The notes below the pieces were generated by a model that did not search any database, was not told where the DNA came from, and saw nothing but the letters and a program-made list of their open reading frames with translations. Positions 14,292-14,669 of a stretch of 14,669 bases of DNA are shown here, in pieces. Source of the DNA: Candidatus Eiseniibacteriota bacterium (GTDB taxonomy: Bacteria > Eisenbacteria > RBG-16-71-46); NCBI GenBank assembly GCA_963744995.1, contig CAVUWA010000008.1, positions 1 through 14,669 on the forward strand. The letters run 5' to 3'. Every line of letters starts with the position of its first letter. Positions within the stretch are counted from its first letter, which is position 1. The position numbers were made by a program, and so were the translations under genes.

Positions 14292-14347
14292 CGGACTCAA
14301 AATCCGTTGGGAGCGATCCCTTGAGAGTTCGAGTCTCTCCCCGGGCA
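14292..14347 (+). repeat. attR: displaced 3' half of tRNA-Leu(CAA), not a full tRNA
   Basis: CGGA-CTCAAAA-TCCG anticodon arm, GGGA-GCGA-TCCC variable arm, GAGAG-TTCGAGT-CTCTC T arm, CCCGGGCA end. No D arm or acceptor 5' strand upstream. Confidence 0.92.
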
Positions 14348-14398
14348 TGAAATGCGAAGCGGGCCACGCGATCGAGCGCGGCCCGCTTCGCATTTCAT
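14347..14398. terminator. Long hairpin, likely the host bidirectional terminator
   Basis: 19-bp perfect inverted repeat ATGAAATGCGAAGCGGGCC / GGCCCGCTTCGCATTTCAT between the tRNA end and the convergent host gene. Confidence 0.75.
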
Positions 14399-14403
14399 GG
14401 GCT

Positions 14404-14669
14404 CTACGGGTTGATCGTTGGCGTTACCGCCAGAATGAGAGCGCGCGCATTCTGGCTGGGCTTGGCGGACCCCAGCACGACAGTCTTGCCATTGGCGAGG
14501 TTGACGGAAGCGCGGATCAATTCCCCGCCTCCCCCTCCCCAAAGAACGACCGCGAGGCGAACCGTCCCGCTGTCGATGGCGGAGACTTCCGCCTTCACGG
14601 TGTAGATGCCGCCATCCGGGTCGGTGATCTGTTGGCTCACCTCCGAGGACGGCCACGCCGTCGCGTTCA
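14404..14669 (-). CDS. C-terminal part of a host hypothetical protein, truncated by the window edge
   Basis: The frame stays open to the window end; beta-rich ending ...ASVNLANGKTVVLGSAKP...ALILAVTP; its stop lies next to the hairpin. Confidence 0.7.
   Translation of the reverse strand, partial: NATAWPSSEVSQQITDPDGGIYTVKAEVSAIDSGTVRLAVVLWGGGGGELIRASVNLANGKTVVLGSAKPSQNARALILAVTPTINP

Larger units (their letters stand above)
1..14347. mobile_element. tRNA-Leu-integrated phage satellite (PICI-like) of about 14.3 kb
   Basis: Bounded by a duplicated tRNA 3' end. Contains an integrase next to attL, a divergent repressor/regulator pair, a primase-helicase and a small terminase, but no recognisable virion structural or conjugation genes. 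Confidence 0.88.

Noticed and set aside
14260..14347. Second intact tRNA-Leu gene
   Set aside because: No acceptor 5' strand (GCCCGGG) or D arm upstream of 14292; it is the att duplication.
1..14347. Intact prophage, cf-PICI or ICE
   Set aside because: No TerL, portal, capsid, tail, lysis, relaxase or type IV secretion genes were recognised between the att sites.

Overview
The window holds one complete ~14.3 kb integrative element in a GC-rich bacterial genome, inserted at the 3' half of a tRNA-Leu(CAA) gene. attL is the tRNA 3' end at 1-36 and attR is the displaced tRNA 3' half at 14292-14347; the att-to-att unit is 14,311 bp. The layout is that of a phage satellite (PICI-like): a tyrosine integrase and XRE-type repressor on the minus strand, then a divergent operon with RHH and excisionase-like regulators, a Topo VI-A-like (Mini-A-type) TOPRIM protein, a primase-helicase, an iteron-rich origin candidate, a cos-like site and a P27-family small terminase. 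No large terminase, portal, capsid, tail, lysis or conjugation gene is recognisable. The late region is atypical: TerS runs in frame into the next gene, followed by three helical proteins (one internally duplicated), a stand-alone M41-like zinc protease and a tandem PC4-like pair. A three-gene HEPN module sits at the cargo end. All family assignments come from motif recognition by eye; no searches were run.
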